64,000 nt of DNA from Eledone cirrhosa. Its lineage: Eukaryota. Positions 1 to 11,658 of the stretch are shown here, in pieces; within the stretch, counting starts at the first letter, position 1; each line of letters starts with the position of its first letter. Location: assembly GCA_964016885.1 (NCBI GenBank), contig OZ024740.1, forward strand, positions 259,284,001 to 259,348,000. The letters run 5' to 3'. The notes below the pieces were generated by a model. The model was given only the letters and a program-made list of their open reading frames with translations, was not told where the DNA came from and did no database searches. The position numbers were made by a program, and so were the translations under genes.

Positions 1-130
1 GGGTTGTTATTTCATACTATTCCAGTTCCTCAGTGAAATAACAACCCAACCAGGAACTGGGCATATCAGAGTATTGACAAAATTATACACCTCAACAACA
101 TATGTACTTGTCTATACCACACTAATTCGG

Positions 131-185
131 ACTGCCTGAAGAGGTCACAGCCAAAGATGGCTGTCACCGAAATATATATAGCAGT
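131..185 (+). ncRNA. Type I minimal hammerhead ribozyme (solo PLE pLTR 3' end)
   Basis: ACTGC-CTGAAGA-GGTCACAGCCA/TGGCTGTCACC-GAAA-TATATA-TA-GCAGT. Complete core, 5-bp stem I, 11-position stem II and palindromic stem III, followed ~50 nt later by (TA)/(TG)n. Confidence 0.85.
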
Positions 186-236
186 AATAAACGAAGCTAA
201 ATTTTAAACATTTGACTTGAATATTTTACTTTATTT

Positions 237-237
<1 letters not shown>

Positions 238-334
<97 letters not shown>

Positions 335-699
335 GTTCAAGAATAAACGAGACAAACAAGAATGTAAAAACACAGTCTTGTTAGGTTTACGCATATAATG
401 TAATAAAACGCCTATCTACCTATATATCGGACTGCCTATCTGTCTCCCTATCCATTAGACGGTTTAGAGAATTCAGTCGGAATTTGAGGGACACGGATTT
501 TGATACTCTGTAGCAGTTTCTGTCTCTTCTTTTCCGTCTATAGAGGTATTTTATCCGATATTCTAAACAAATAATTCATAGCCATCAACCTTTGTTATGG
601 TTACTGTTTTCTATCTTCGGATTTTCTACATTTTCTATGAATTTCAAAACTGCCCGACGATTCGATAAGTTTATGTTCGAAATGTTGTTTATATATATA

Positions 700-774
<75 letters not shown>

Positions 775-936
775 GTGCGTCTGTGTGTGTGTGTGTGCGT
801 CTGTGTGTGTGTGTGTGCGTGTATTTTAACTTCTCCACCTCTTCTCACTTCTTACTCTCTCATTTACTCTCTCTCTCTCACTCATCTCTCTCTCATCTCC
901 CTCTCACCTCTAATTCTCTCTCTCTCACTTTCTCGC

Positions 937-996
<60 letters not shown>

Positions 997-1102
997 ACTG
1001 TCTCTCATTCTCTCTCTCACTCTCTCTCTTCCCTCTATCAATCCCTCATTCTCTCTCATTCTCTCTCTCTCTCACTCTCTCTCTCTCACTCTCTCTCTCT
1101 CC
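238..1102. repeat. Microsatellite cluster (TA)n/(TG)n/(CT)n with a unique spacer
   Basis: (TG)n at 247-310 and 703-820; (CT)-rich tract at 840-1102. Confidence 0.9.
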
Positions 1103-1524
1103 CTCTCGTGAATTTTTTCTCATCCACCTATGTCTAGTTTGCTCTACTTCACTCATGCATTACTTCTCTCTGGAGATATCCCATGATTCCAACCCCTCAC
1201 CACAATCAACCCCCATCCCCACCATCAATATTAAACTGAGATGTTCACCACATACACCCCACCCCCTCCAGGCTATACAGGGAAAGCTGCCTTTGACGCA
1301 TTGATAACCATCTGTTGCTCTTTGTACCCATACCGCCCCCCTTACAAGAATGTCACTGTATGTACACTACACACACACAATAGATATACACATACATACA
1401 CATATGTATAAATAAATACACACATATATACATATATTTATATGTCTGTGTAAATATATGTATATATACAAACATATATATATAAGTATATATACATACA
1501 TATATATATGTGTGTTGAAACAAA

Positions 1525-2197
1525 TATTGTTATATTTGGGGAGGTTCATATTGATATAATATTGCCAGAAATAATAATAGAACAGAGTCAGTGTTTGGTT
1601 TGGGCTGGTTTTCGCTTCTGTATCTTTTATATCTCCATAGTTTATTTATCTGGCAATCAATGGTTATCATTGATTGACCAACGGTTAGAAATACATTTTT
1701 ATGAAAATGGCGTAGGCATTACAATACAACGGGAAGAAACATAATAGTACCACTGATGATGTCACAGATGTGTGACGAAGAACTTTGATAGACTATATAT
1801 ATATATATATATATATGTGTGTGGGGGGTGTATTTTTAACCGTTGGTCAACCAATGATAAGCATTGATTGCCAGATAAATTAACTATGGAGATATAAAAG
1901 ATGCAGAAGCGAAAACCAATACAAACCAAACAGTGAGTGTGTTCTGTTATTATTTCTGGCAATATTAGGTGGTGGATTGGCAGTATCGGTAGAGGGTCGG
2001 ACGCCATGCCTTGACGCAAAAAGTTACGGCCCTTGCCATTCTGAGTTCAAATCCCGCCGAGGTTAACTTTGCCTTTCATCCTTACGGGGTCGATAAAATA
2101 AAGTACCAGTAATGTACTGAGTAATTGCTGGCCTTGTGCCAAAAGTAGAAACAATTATTTCTGGCAATATTATAACAATATGACCCTCTCCAAATAT

Positions 2198-2203
<6 letters not shown>
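1525..2203. mobile_element. Inverted pair of PLE-type termini, same family as 5234-5400/6411-6580; right arm interrupted by a SINE
   Basis: 1527-1700 is the diverged reverse complement of 1826-1967 plus 2154-2203. The terminus TTGTTATATTTGGGGAGG abuts (TA)n on the right and lies ~20 bp from (TA)n on the left. Confidence 0.7.
1968..2156 (+). mobile_element. SINE family A (tRNA-like head, GCCTTTCATCC...GGGGTCGATAAAATAAAGTACCAG body) with a 19-bp target site duplication
   Basis: B-box-like GAGTTCAAATC. ATTATTTCTGGCAATATTA is duplicated at 1949-1967 and 2154-2172. Homologous copies at 7888, 11112, 39040-39370 and 49180. Confidence 0.85.
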
Positions 2204-2239
<36 letters not shown>

Positions 2240-2261
2240 ATATATATATATATATATATAT

Positions 2262-2927
2262 ATGAGGAAAACTCCCCCCACCCTCGTTCTTGCTTTCTTC
2301 GTATTCCCACTGCATTTTAAGTTAACTTAAATAGCAACTACACAGCCATTTCTATTCTCCATATATTTCATCATGTTTTCGCTGTGACAATTCTTCTCTC
2401 CCCTTCTCCCTACCTATTTCGTTACTTTCTACTCTCACCCCTCTTTCTTCCACTCCCTTTCTCCCTATCTACTCTTTCCCCACTTTCTTCCTCTCCCTTT
2501 CTCCCTCTCAATTTCACCACCTCGCCTGACCGTTTAGCAGTTCTCTTCTCACTTACAACTGTGGCGATCAGACGTGTGTCTTCTTTCTCTCGACCACTCA
2601 GTCTTGAACTTAAGTTCTCTTATCGAGTGGTCTTGGATTTCTTTACCTTAAGTTGCTCGCACATTGCTCGGTTTGTTGTTTTCTTTTCGCTGTTTTGTTA
2701 CTGTTTCTCTTTTCTTCCCCTTTGCTTTCCTTCCCTCCCTCCTCCGTTTTCCCAATAACTTATCCAGTTATTGACGCCCTGGGGTGAGTTATCTTGTATT
2801 TAAAGCATAGAAATATCCGAGAACCCCAGTAGACAACTGATGAGGACCACCCTCCTCCGTTCTTGCTCTCTTCGTATTCCCACTGCATTTTAAGTTACCT
2901 TAAATAGCAACTTTCTCCATGTATTTC

Positions 2928-2930
<3 letters not shown>
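2262..2930 (+). mobile_element. Small element in (TA)n with ~75-bp terminal direct repeats
   Basis: CGTTCTTGCT...CGTATTCCCACTGCATTTTAAGTTA.CTTAAATAGCAACT occurs at ~2285-2339 and ~2858-2912. An isolated CTGATGA lies at 2837. Confidence 0.55.
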
Positions 2931-2968
<38 letters not shown>

Positions 2969-3027
2969 GCTTACATACATATACTCATATATTTATATAT
3001 ATATATATATACACATATATATTCATA

Positions 3028-3450
3028 CTAGCAGAGGTACCCGGCGTTGCTCGGGTATTAAATAGCAGTTATGTATACCAATAATGTCAATACTTCAGTG
3101 CTGCTTCGAAAACTATACTTTTACAAAATCATCAGTTTTTTCCCAAAGGGGGTTCCTGCCCCCAGGGATCCCCTACTCAATATGTGTCAATTCACATTCA
3201 TCAGTAGAACAAACGTAGCCCGTCAAGTTTTGTGAAAGTCGGTTGCGAACTCCAGAAGTTATGACGTTTTGTTGCATTGCACTGCAGTGCTTCAGTCGAC
3301 TCCAAGGAAGCGGTTGAAGGGGGTTATCTGCCGGGAGGCCCTATAATCAATATCTGGAAAAATGAAAGTGCCCATGACCATCCGGAGTACATAAGTAACC
3401 TATGTCTTAAGGTTGGTGAAAATACTGTAGAAATGCATAAGGCTTACACA
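3028..3450 (-). mobile_element. Non-autonomous Helitron-like element (3' end)
   Basis: The minus strand ends with TACCCGAGCAACGCCGGGTAC (hairpin) and CTCTGCTAG|T, the Helitron subterminal hairpin plus CTAG. The 5' limit is approximate. Confidence 0.6.
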
Positions 3451-3946
3451 CACACGCACGTGCGTGCGTGCGTGTGTGTTTGTGTGTGTGTATGTATTTG
3501 TGTGTGCGTATGTATATGTATGTGTATGTCCGTCGGCGCATACGTATGCACTGGCCTAAATCTTCACTATTTACTTTTACTACTTTAATAACCTCTGTCA
3601 TTTTCGTTTTCAATTTTATTTACATCATTCTTAAACTCCGGGGCTGGAAATCATTCGGTTATTTTAAATAGAATATTAGTCTAACGACTCCATTTATACC
3701 GTAAACTTGGTCTTGTCTTTGCATGAAATTGTTCTTAACGACGTATTATCCTCGCTTTTTTTTTTTTCGTTCATTGCCAGGGAACGTCTTCACGAACCAA
3801 AATATCGTCTTCCTGTTTTCCTTCGGTTGCAACGTTTCTCGAAATATTTACTTCTGCGTTCCTAGATTAAATTTTTTAGCTTCAGAAGATCCCGTTAATG
3901 TTGAAAGCAGCGATTATTTGCTTAAACTTTAATCTGTTCTTATAAC

Positions 3947-4086
<140 letters not shown>

Positions 4087-4350
4087 TTTGTACGGCTTTT
4101 GGAGGAAGGAGTGACCAGCAGTACGTTGATCGGTATTATTACGAAAAGGTGTAGCAGAGAATCCCGCGTGAACTAACAGCTCGGGAGGAAACTGCTTATC
4201 TCGAACATTCATTCGCCTTCGTTCTTTTCAACGCTCCGTTTTTTGGTATTTGTTGGTCTACATTTAGATGAATGGTGCACAAATGGTTAATGTTCATTGG
4301 CAATAAGTCTTTTGAATAATAAAAGACGGGTTAAAGCAACCTACAATGTA

Positions 4351-4397
<47 letters not shown>

Positions 4398-4424
4398 GTA
4401 CATATATATGTGTGTGTGTGTGTA

Positions 4425-4483
<59 letters not shown>

Positions 4484-4540
4484 ATGTATGTATGTATATA
4501 TATATATATGTGTGTGGGTGTGTGGGTGTATATATATATA

Positions 4541-4586
<46 letters not shown>

Positions 4587-4587
<1 letters not shown>

Positions 4588-5170
4588 TAAAATAACAGAT
4601 TAAAGTTTAAGCAAAGTTAATTTTTATAATTTTCTTATTTTACGTCTCTCATATTATTGTTCTGCATCCCCATGCATTGAACCACAAAGTTACTAAGACA
4701 AAACCTATATATTTACTGGCATAGGTATGCATCTGTATATATATGTTAGTAGATATACTAATTCTTTATAATTATCTCAAAATTATTTTGTCGAGCCAAA
4801 ATGGGCCAAAACTGCTACTATAGTTCATAGTAACAGTCCGGCTGCTGTCTTCTTAACAAACCACTCTTCACTGATTGACCTCGATGTCACGTGATTGATT
4901 CTTTTGAATTTGCCACCGACGCAGTAGGCAGTGATTTTTTCAATGGCATGGAACTTAGTCCACGCTTTGCTTTTTTCCATCCACTGAATTATTTTTGTAT
5001 AAGTTCCCTGTGTCCACGTATTGCCTGGAAACTTAGCTGAGAATAGACTTCCCTGATGACGAAAGGCTTTTCCGTACGTTTCTTCGGAAACTACGTTTAT
5101 TCCCTTTCAGAAACTAATTAGTGGGAGTGAAATTTTAGTAAGTTAATTTTTATAATTTTTTTATTTTACG

Positions 5171-5180
<10 letters not shown>
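4587..5180 (+). mobile_element. Retrozyme-like or solo-pLTR element with a 41-bp terminal direct repeat and a hammerhead-like motif
   Basis: AAGTTAATTTTTATAATTTT.TTATTTTACGTCTCTCATAT at 4614-4654 and 5140-5180 (period ~526 nt). Flanked by (TA)n on both sides. Confidence 0.6.
5048..5127 (+). ncRNA. Hammerhead-like motif with long stem II; cleavage-site nucleotide missing or G
   Basis: CTTCC-CTGATGA-cGAAAGG...GTTTC-TTCG-GAAAC...CCTTTCa-GAAA-CTAATTAG-T-GGGAG. Confidence 0.6.
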
Positions 5181-5233
<53 letters not shown>

Positions 5234-5242
<9 letters not shown>

Positions 5243-6580
5243 ATATTTGGGGAGGGTCATATTTGCGTAATATTGCCAGAATTAATAACAGAACACACTC
5301 ACTGTTTGGTTGGTTTTCGCTTCTCGCTGTCTTTTATATATATATATCTGCGATCTAACTTACTCGGTCCTCAATGTTGCCATTGACTGACCGGCGGTCA
5401 AAAATAATACAGATACAATATAGACAAACACATATATATATAGTTTACATAAATCTTTCGTTGCACATCTGCAACATCGTCAGTGGTGTTATATTCATTG
5501 TTCCTCCTGTTGTGTTGTATGTCTACGCCATTTTTTTTTGTTCAGTCTGTCTATATATTTATTTATTTATTTGCTTGTTTGTTTATCTTATTTTATTTTG
5601 TCTTCTTTGCGCATGCGTTTGCGTGTGTGTATAGTGTTATGTGTGATGTGTGACTAGTGTGTATAGTGTTGTCTGCTGGGTGACTAGTGTGTGTTTATGT
5701 GCTTGTGTATGTATTTATTTATCTTATTTTATTTAATTTACTTTACTTATTTATTTATACTTCTCTTAGGTCAGTGTTGTTTGTTTGGGTGTTGTTGTTG
5801 TTCCACTCATTCTTTCTGTTTAGCTTTGGTCTTCTAATTTCTATTTCACTGGCCTCTCTGATTTGCCTATCTGCTGGGTCATTCCTATGTTTAGATATTA
5901 TTCTAATTTCTATGTTGTCTATGTTACCGTCATGGTGTTGTCTAGCATGTTCGTATAGTACTGACCCGTTTTTTCGTCCTTTTAGTTCCCCCCAGTGTTG
6001 GTCTATCCTTTCACCTATGCTACGAGCTGTCTCACCTATGTATGTTGTTGTCGTGTTTCTGCAAGTACCCTCTGTACATCTTATGCTATAGACTACGTTT
6101 CTAGTTTTACAGTTTATCCGGGGGTTCACCTTACATATGATACATTTCCTATTGGTACAGTGGGTTTTCTTAAAAGGGTAGGTTTTGCTGATCAGGGATT
6201 TTATGGTGGTTCCTGGCTTTTCTACCACCTTTATTTTTAAGTGGGTCTTTCTCAGGGCCTTTCTACACTGGTTAGCTAATTTCCCTCCAGGGGTGGCGTC
6301 CACAAACATGACACTCTGATATCTCTGGTTGTCGTACCATGATGTGGCCTTCCCTATCTTATGTCTAGCCCTATCTAAGCTATTCCATGATTTGCTCCTG
6401 TATAGTGGGCAAAACTGACCGCCGGTCAGTCAATGGCAACATTGAGGACCGAGTAAGTTAGATCGCAGATATATATATATAAAAGACAGCGAGAAGCGAA
6501 AACCAACCAAACAGTGAGTGTGTTCTGTTATTAATTCTGGCAATATTACGCAAATATGACCCTCCCCAAATATAACAATA
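5234..6580 (-). mobile_element. 5'-truncated Penelope-like element with inverted terminal copy
   Basis: 5234-5400 is a near-perfect inverted repeat of 6411-6580, and the pair encloses a GIY-YIG coding fragment. The left arm directly abuts (TA)n; another (TA)n begins ~45 bp beyond the right arm. Confidence 0.85.
5755..6410 (-). pseudogene. PLE C-terminal Cys-rich linker + GIY-YIG endonuclease (truncated ORF)
   Basis: CTNRKCIIC...NVVYSIRC...YIGETARSIGER..QH...LYEH...H...REASEI...LN, i.e. GIY-YIG with CCHH residues and catalytic R/E/N. Confidence 0.88.
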
Positions 6581-6621
6581 TCGGTTTCGACACACGATTT
6601 CATATAAAAAACCTCGCAAAA

Positions 6622-6691
<70 letters not shown>

Positions 6692-6721
6692 TGCAAGATA
6701 CACCCTCGTAGATGAGTTACG

Positions 6722-7410
6722 ATTCATTATCAGTGATGTGAGCTGGGGTCATGCGGTGTTTTGGGTCTTTCAACATCAGACGCCATTGCCCAGGTGACCC
6801 CGTCAGGATTGATCAGGTCCCACCTTGTGTCCCAGCAGCAACCATTCATATATCATCCCTGTTTTTATTCAAAGCCATCTGTTGATTGTCTTTGCGGCTT
6901 CGCTTGCAGACCGAATGGGCTCTCTCTTCTCTACTCCTGTAAAGCTCAGTCGGTTGAAATCCCTGCTGGAGTGAGGGACCTGAAAAACCTCTACAGCCCA
7001 CCTCCCTAATGTCTGATCTATACGATTCTGTTTACTCGCTCCTCCTCCACCCCTGCTCGAAAGGTTCACAGTATATTTCCCAGCCTCTGATTTGGCACTT
7101 CTCCACTAGTTCCTGGTAAATCATGCAGTTCTCTCGTTAATTTCTTCAATGTGCTCTTCCCAGGTTACTGTAAGCTCCAGCATAATCAGTTATTTTATAA
7201 TTTCTGGTGTGATGGTCATGTCTGGGTGGTCCAACGTTGGTTGAATGTGCTATAGAAACTTCAGCCGTTTACCTAAATCGACATATGACTGTCAGTTTGA
7301 AGCCGTGTATCGGAAAGTCATCTTTGTTCTTGGTTGAATTTCTCTCTAGCTTTGACAAAATCAATGGATTTCTTTAGCGCGTAGAATTATATACTGATGC
7401 GGTGGCAGTG
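6722..7410 (-). mobile_element. Degenerate 3' end of a HERO-like (RLE-type) non-LTR retrotransposon
   Basis: Manual translation with stops: VDLGKRLKF..I.PTL.HPDM...LIMLELTVTWEEHIEE.NER...AAKTINRWL. This matches the RPD...ELTVPWEE restriction-like endonuclease. A structured 3' UTR follows. Confidence 0.7.
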
Positions 7411-7887
7411 GCTACTCTCGAGTCTCAAATAATAGAGGGGGTGGAATAAGCGCGGTGGTGGGGTTCAGATCGGTAACTTTTCTAGGTTGTCTCCGTTGGT
7501 TTTTTTAGAAACCAGAATTAGTTGTTTAATTTACATATTAAGACCCCAACCCATCCTATTTATTTTATAACGTATGGGATTTCTAGTAATCTACTTTTTT
7601 GTCATGTATAATGTTTTTTAATGTCTAAAGAAAATTAATTGTCGCAATTAAAATATAGTCGGAGAGAGACTAGCAAAATTTAATAAGTAGGGGGATTGGA
7701 AAAAGAAAAGAGAAAAAATCTTTAAAATTAATAAGCCGGGGAGGAGCGATTATTCGAAACTCGAGAATGCCCTAAGTTCCTGGTCATAGCATTTGTCCGT
7801 GAAACACTCAACCACTTACCTGTCACGTCAATGTGTAGGTTGTACTGTTGCTTCGACAACTGTTACATTCAATATTGAAGCCAAAGG

Positions 7888-8100
7888 CGATAGATTGGCA
7901 ATATCAGTAGAGTGTCAAACATCATGCTATGCAGCATGCAGTTATTTCCCTTTATGTTCTGTGTTCAAATACCGCCGAAATTAACTTTGCCTTTCATCCT
8001 TACGGGGTCGATAAAATAAAGTAACAGTAATGAACTGGCTCGATTTAATTGACTTTTCCTTGCCCAGAATGTTTGACTTTGTGCTTAAATCAGAAAGCAT
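7888..8100 (+). mobile_element. SINE family A copy (diverged)
   Basis: GTTCAAATACCGCCGAAATTAACTTTGCCTTTCATCCTTACGGGGTCGATAAAATAAAG. Confidence 0.8.
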
Positions 8101-8551
8101 TATTGAAGCCAACGGAGGTTGATTTACATTTATTTTCACTAATTAAACAAATAGAGTACAGTATCCATAGCATTTTTTCAGTTGTTTTTCCAAAATGGAG
8201 CATAAGAATAACCGAGTCAAATGAGTGCAGATGCTTCTTCGGGTTTATAATATCCAGCACGGAGTCTTTCGGGAACAGTGAAAAATACATATATAACAAC
8301 GAATGATGCATATTTAATACAGGGACGTTCTAAATAAAATGAAAAATAACTACAACTATATTTAAATAAACATATATAGTGCCGTCTGCTTCTTAGGAAA
8401 TGATAGAACAAAAGTAGAAAAATGTATATAGAAACGTGTTTTACCTTGAAGGGTTTCTAAACATAATTTAATGTTTGTATTTCTATTTTATTTCTATTTC
8501 AGTATATCAGTTTTTAACAATTATTTACGACGTGCTAATCTAAAAGGATTT

Positions 8552-8571
8552 CATTATTATTATTATTATTA

Positions 8572-8633
<62 letters not shown>
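8552..8633. repeat. (ATT)n microsatellite
   Basis: Directly visible trinucleotide run. Confidence 0.95.
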
Positions 8634-8765
8634 TATCTAGAGAATTATGAATATTTTATATCTTTTCTTCTGTTTGTTTTTCAATGTTTCACTCACTGTG
8701 TATATGGTAAGGTGGGGAGGGTGAAGGAATAATGAGATTGCATCTGTATGGTTGGGTAAATGTAA

Positions 8766-8798
<33 letters not shown>

Positions 8799-9119
8799 AA
8801 CATGTGTGTATATGTGTGTGTGAGTGTGGTGTATTTGTATGATTGTTGTTTTTTTATGATTTCGTCAGAAAAAGAGATAGAAGCGCTCATGACCTTTTGC
8901 ACAGACCCCATGAGATTGGTAAGAGCAAAGAGAAAAAGAAGATAGGACTCATGGATTGAAGCGGCGCTTTAAGAAATTGCGCTATCGTCAGATCGGAAAC
9001 CTGGTCTGAATGCTTGCAGCAACAAAAGGACAGGAAATGAGCCAATTGTTAGATCAGATCAAGGAGACTATGTTTCCATTGGTCTTTCCATTGCTGATAC
9101 TATCTGCGGGTAACAACTC

Positions 9120-9350
9120 CTGGCAGAAGAACGGAGCCGACACTCAGATTAGACCAAGGTAACTATGATCCGATTTGACGAGTTCCATCCCTGTTGGTTG
9201 ATTTTGCCCGTAAAATCGGTCCTGTGATTCATTCCTAAGACATTCTAAGCACCGTAGTATCGGAGCTGTGATCTCTCAATTCGCAGAAGTAACGTCTCTA
9301 CCTGAAGAGATTCTCTGATCTCTGAGCACGCACTCTATCGAGTAACGTTA
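9120..9350. repeat. Unclassified interspersed repeat (second copy at ~56250-56450)
   Basis: TAGTATCGGAGCTGTG.TCTC..AATTCG.AGAAGTA...CTCTGATCT...ACGCACT.TATCG is shared with 56344-56448. Confidence 0.6.
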
Positions 9351-9699
9351 CTCCAAAAGCCCTCCGAAGGAACCCCATTTCGGCCGCTTGTATATGGAGT
9401 TTCTATCATTAAAATACCCGATAAACCTCCCATCAGATGTAATCTCGTAGGTGATCTACTAAACCTACATAGGTGTGAGCTGTAAATTTTATTTTCATTT
9501 CATTTTATTTTATTTTTATTATTCTATTTCATTTCAATTTTTCCACTCAAGTCAATCAGAGGTTGATATGAGGCTATGGTAGAAGACATTTGCTTACAAT
9601 GCTGCGGATACGCGACTAAGTTTTAAAAATTAAATTTTTCGAGAACAAATAACTCGCAGACGCCATTCACCTGAAAAACAATTAAAATAATATTATCAT

Positions 9700-10080
9700 A
9701 TTAAATGCAGTGGGCTGTAAAGAAACCGACTCATAACAAGAGTCTTCCGCACATGCTGAAAGTTATATCTGTCTATACCTAAAACTTTTTTTCTTGAAAG
9801 ACTTCAAAAGAATATGCCATCATCGGTGATATTGATATCAGTATCATTATGAAAGCCAGAAAGTTGCTTCTATGTTAGAATGGTTCCCACTGGACTTAAA
9901 AGAAGAGAGACCCTCTATTTGACGTCTTATTGGTAAGTTATGATGAAGCGGAGTTCTCTGAAATAACTGGCATCTCCGTCATAATAACATAAGCAAAAGT
10001 ACAACGCCACATATACTCGGGTGATACCGAAATTGTGATCTAGCTGTTTCTCTCAACATGAATGGGCACAGCATGCAGGA
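9700..10080 (+). pseudogene. Ancient Hydra-like PLE reverse transcriptase fragment
   Basis: Frameshifted translation DIDISIIMKARKLLL...DPLFDV.IGSYDEAEFSEITGI aligns by eye with EMHIILSARKTLI...DITMGSSDSAQVTDLVGL in the 735-aa ORF. Confidence 0.65.
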
Positions 10081-10151
10081 GTTTAAAAAAGACCTAATAA
10101 ATATACTTAAGGAGCATAAACTGGTTAATTTACTTATGAAAAAGTCATATA

Positions 10152-11498
10152 TCTACTTATATATATAACCAGCAATTTCTCTGTCTGTCTGTCCGACAGT
10201 GGAAACACGTGCGTAGAGAGAGAGTGAGAGTGAAAGAAAGAGACAGACTACGAGAGGGGGATAGCGGGAGGGAAAGAGGGAGAGAGAGAGTGAATAGACG
10301 CTAAAACACGTGCTACAGAAATATTACCTTCCCCTTCCTTTCTCCACTTTGGTACTACCAAGAGAAACACTGTCGCTATAGAAACATTACCTTCCCGTCT
10401 CCACTGACTTTGGTCACTGAGGCCGAGGGAATTGCTGGTTGCTATAGAGACACCTTGCACAAGCCAGAAGTAACCAGTTCGAGGCGGTTCTGACTTGACA
10501 CCATGCGAAGAAGGTTGCCATTGAATTTGTGGTTTGAAGAAGGTTGCCATTGAATTTGTGGTTGTTGCTGCTGATAATAAGGAGCATTTGAAGAAGGGTG
10601 CTGCTGATGAGGTAATTTATTAATCAGATTGCGCAGTTCCATAACCTACGTTTGATTTGTTCAATATTTTTCTTCAATTTTTTTTGTTGTTTTTTTTTAT
10701 TTCTCATTGAAAAAATATAAATAATAAAATAAGGTTAGAAATTTAAATACAATTAAATACGATTTAATTTCCATTTCCAGCAGCCAATGTCCGGGTGGTT
10801 TTCTGCTAGTCTCCTTATAATATATAACCAGCAATTTCTCTGTCTGTCCGACAGTGGAAACACGTGCGCGCGTGGTTGCTATCTCTCTCTCTCTCTCTCT
10901 CCAGCTATCCCTCTCTTTTAGTCTGTCTGTTTCTCTCACTCTCACTCTTTCTCTTTGTAACACACTAATATTTCTCCCCTCTATCGCTGTGACGAATGGG
11001 GAGATGGAGGAGGAGGAGGAGGATGAGGAGGAGGAGGAGAGAGTCACTTCGTCAGTTCACCTCTGCCTTTCTTTCTCTCCCCTCTCACTCCCTCATTACG
11101 TACAGACATTAGGGCGGTGGATTGGCAGAATCTGTAGAGAGTCGGACACCATGCTTCATAGCATGGAGATACGTCCCTTTACGGTCTGAGTTCAAATACC
11201 GCCGAGGTTAACTTTGCCTTTCATCCTCACGGGGTCGATAAAATAAAGTACCAGTAATGTACTGGGTAATTGCTGGCCTTGTGCCAAAAGTAGAAACAAT
11301 TATTAGAAACATTGCTTCATTTTTACATATCTAAGCATTAGTAAAATAACTAATAATTTCAAAAGTAATTTTTCAATTCCAATTGTTATGAACAGCAAAA
11401 CATTAATAATAATTTTGTTCTAAGAAATATATATACATTTCTGTGTGTGTAATATATATATACACACACAGAAATATATATACATTTCTGTGTGTGTA

Positions 11499-11533
<35 letters not shown>

Positions 11534-11559
11534 GAAATATATATACATTTCTGTGTGTG

Positions 11560-11606
<47 letters not shown>

Positions 11607-11624
11607 GAAATATATGGGCATTTC

Positions 11625-11658
<34 letters not shown>

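Noticed and set aside
1751-1790. Hammerhead-like remnants (also 2837, 13575-13600, 21870 and 31217-31245)
   Set aside because: The core is incomplete or mutated (e.g. GAAG, GACA) or the stems do not close, so they are not called as ribozymes.
8217-8450. Possible minus-strand host exon with GT/AG signals
   Set aside because: The peptide is short and unrecognisable, with no partner exons; unsupported without RNA data.
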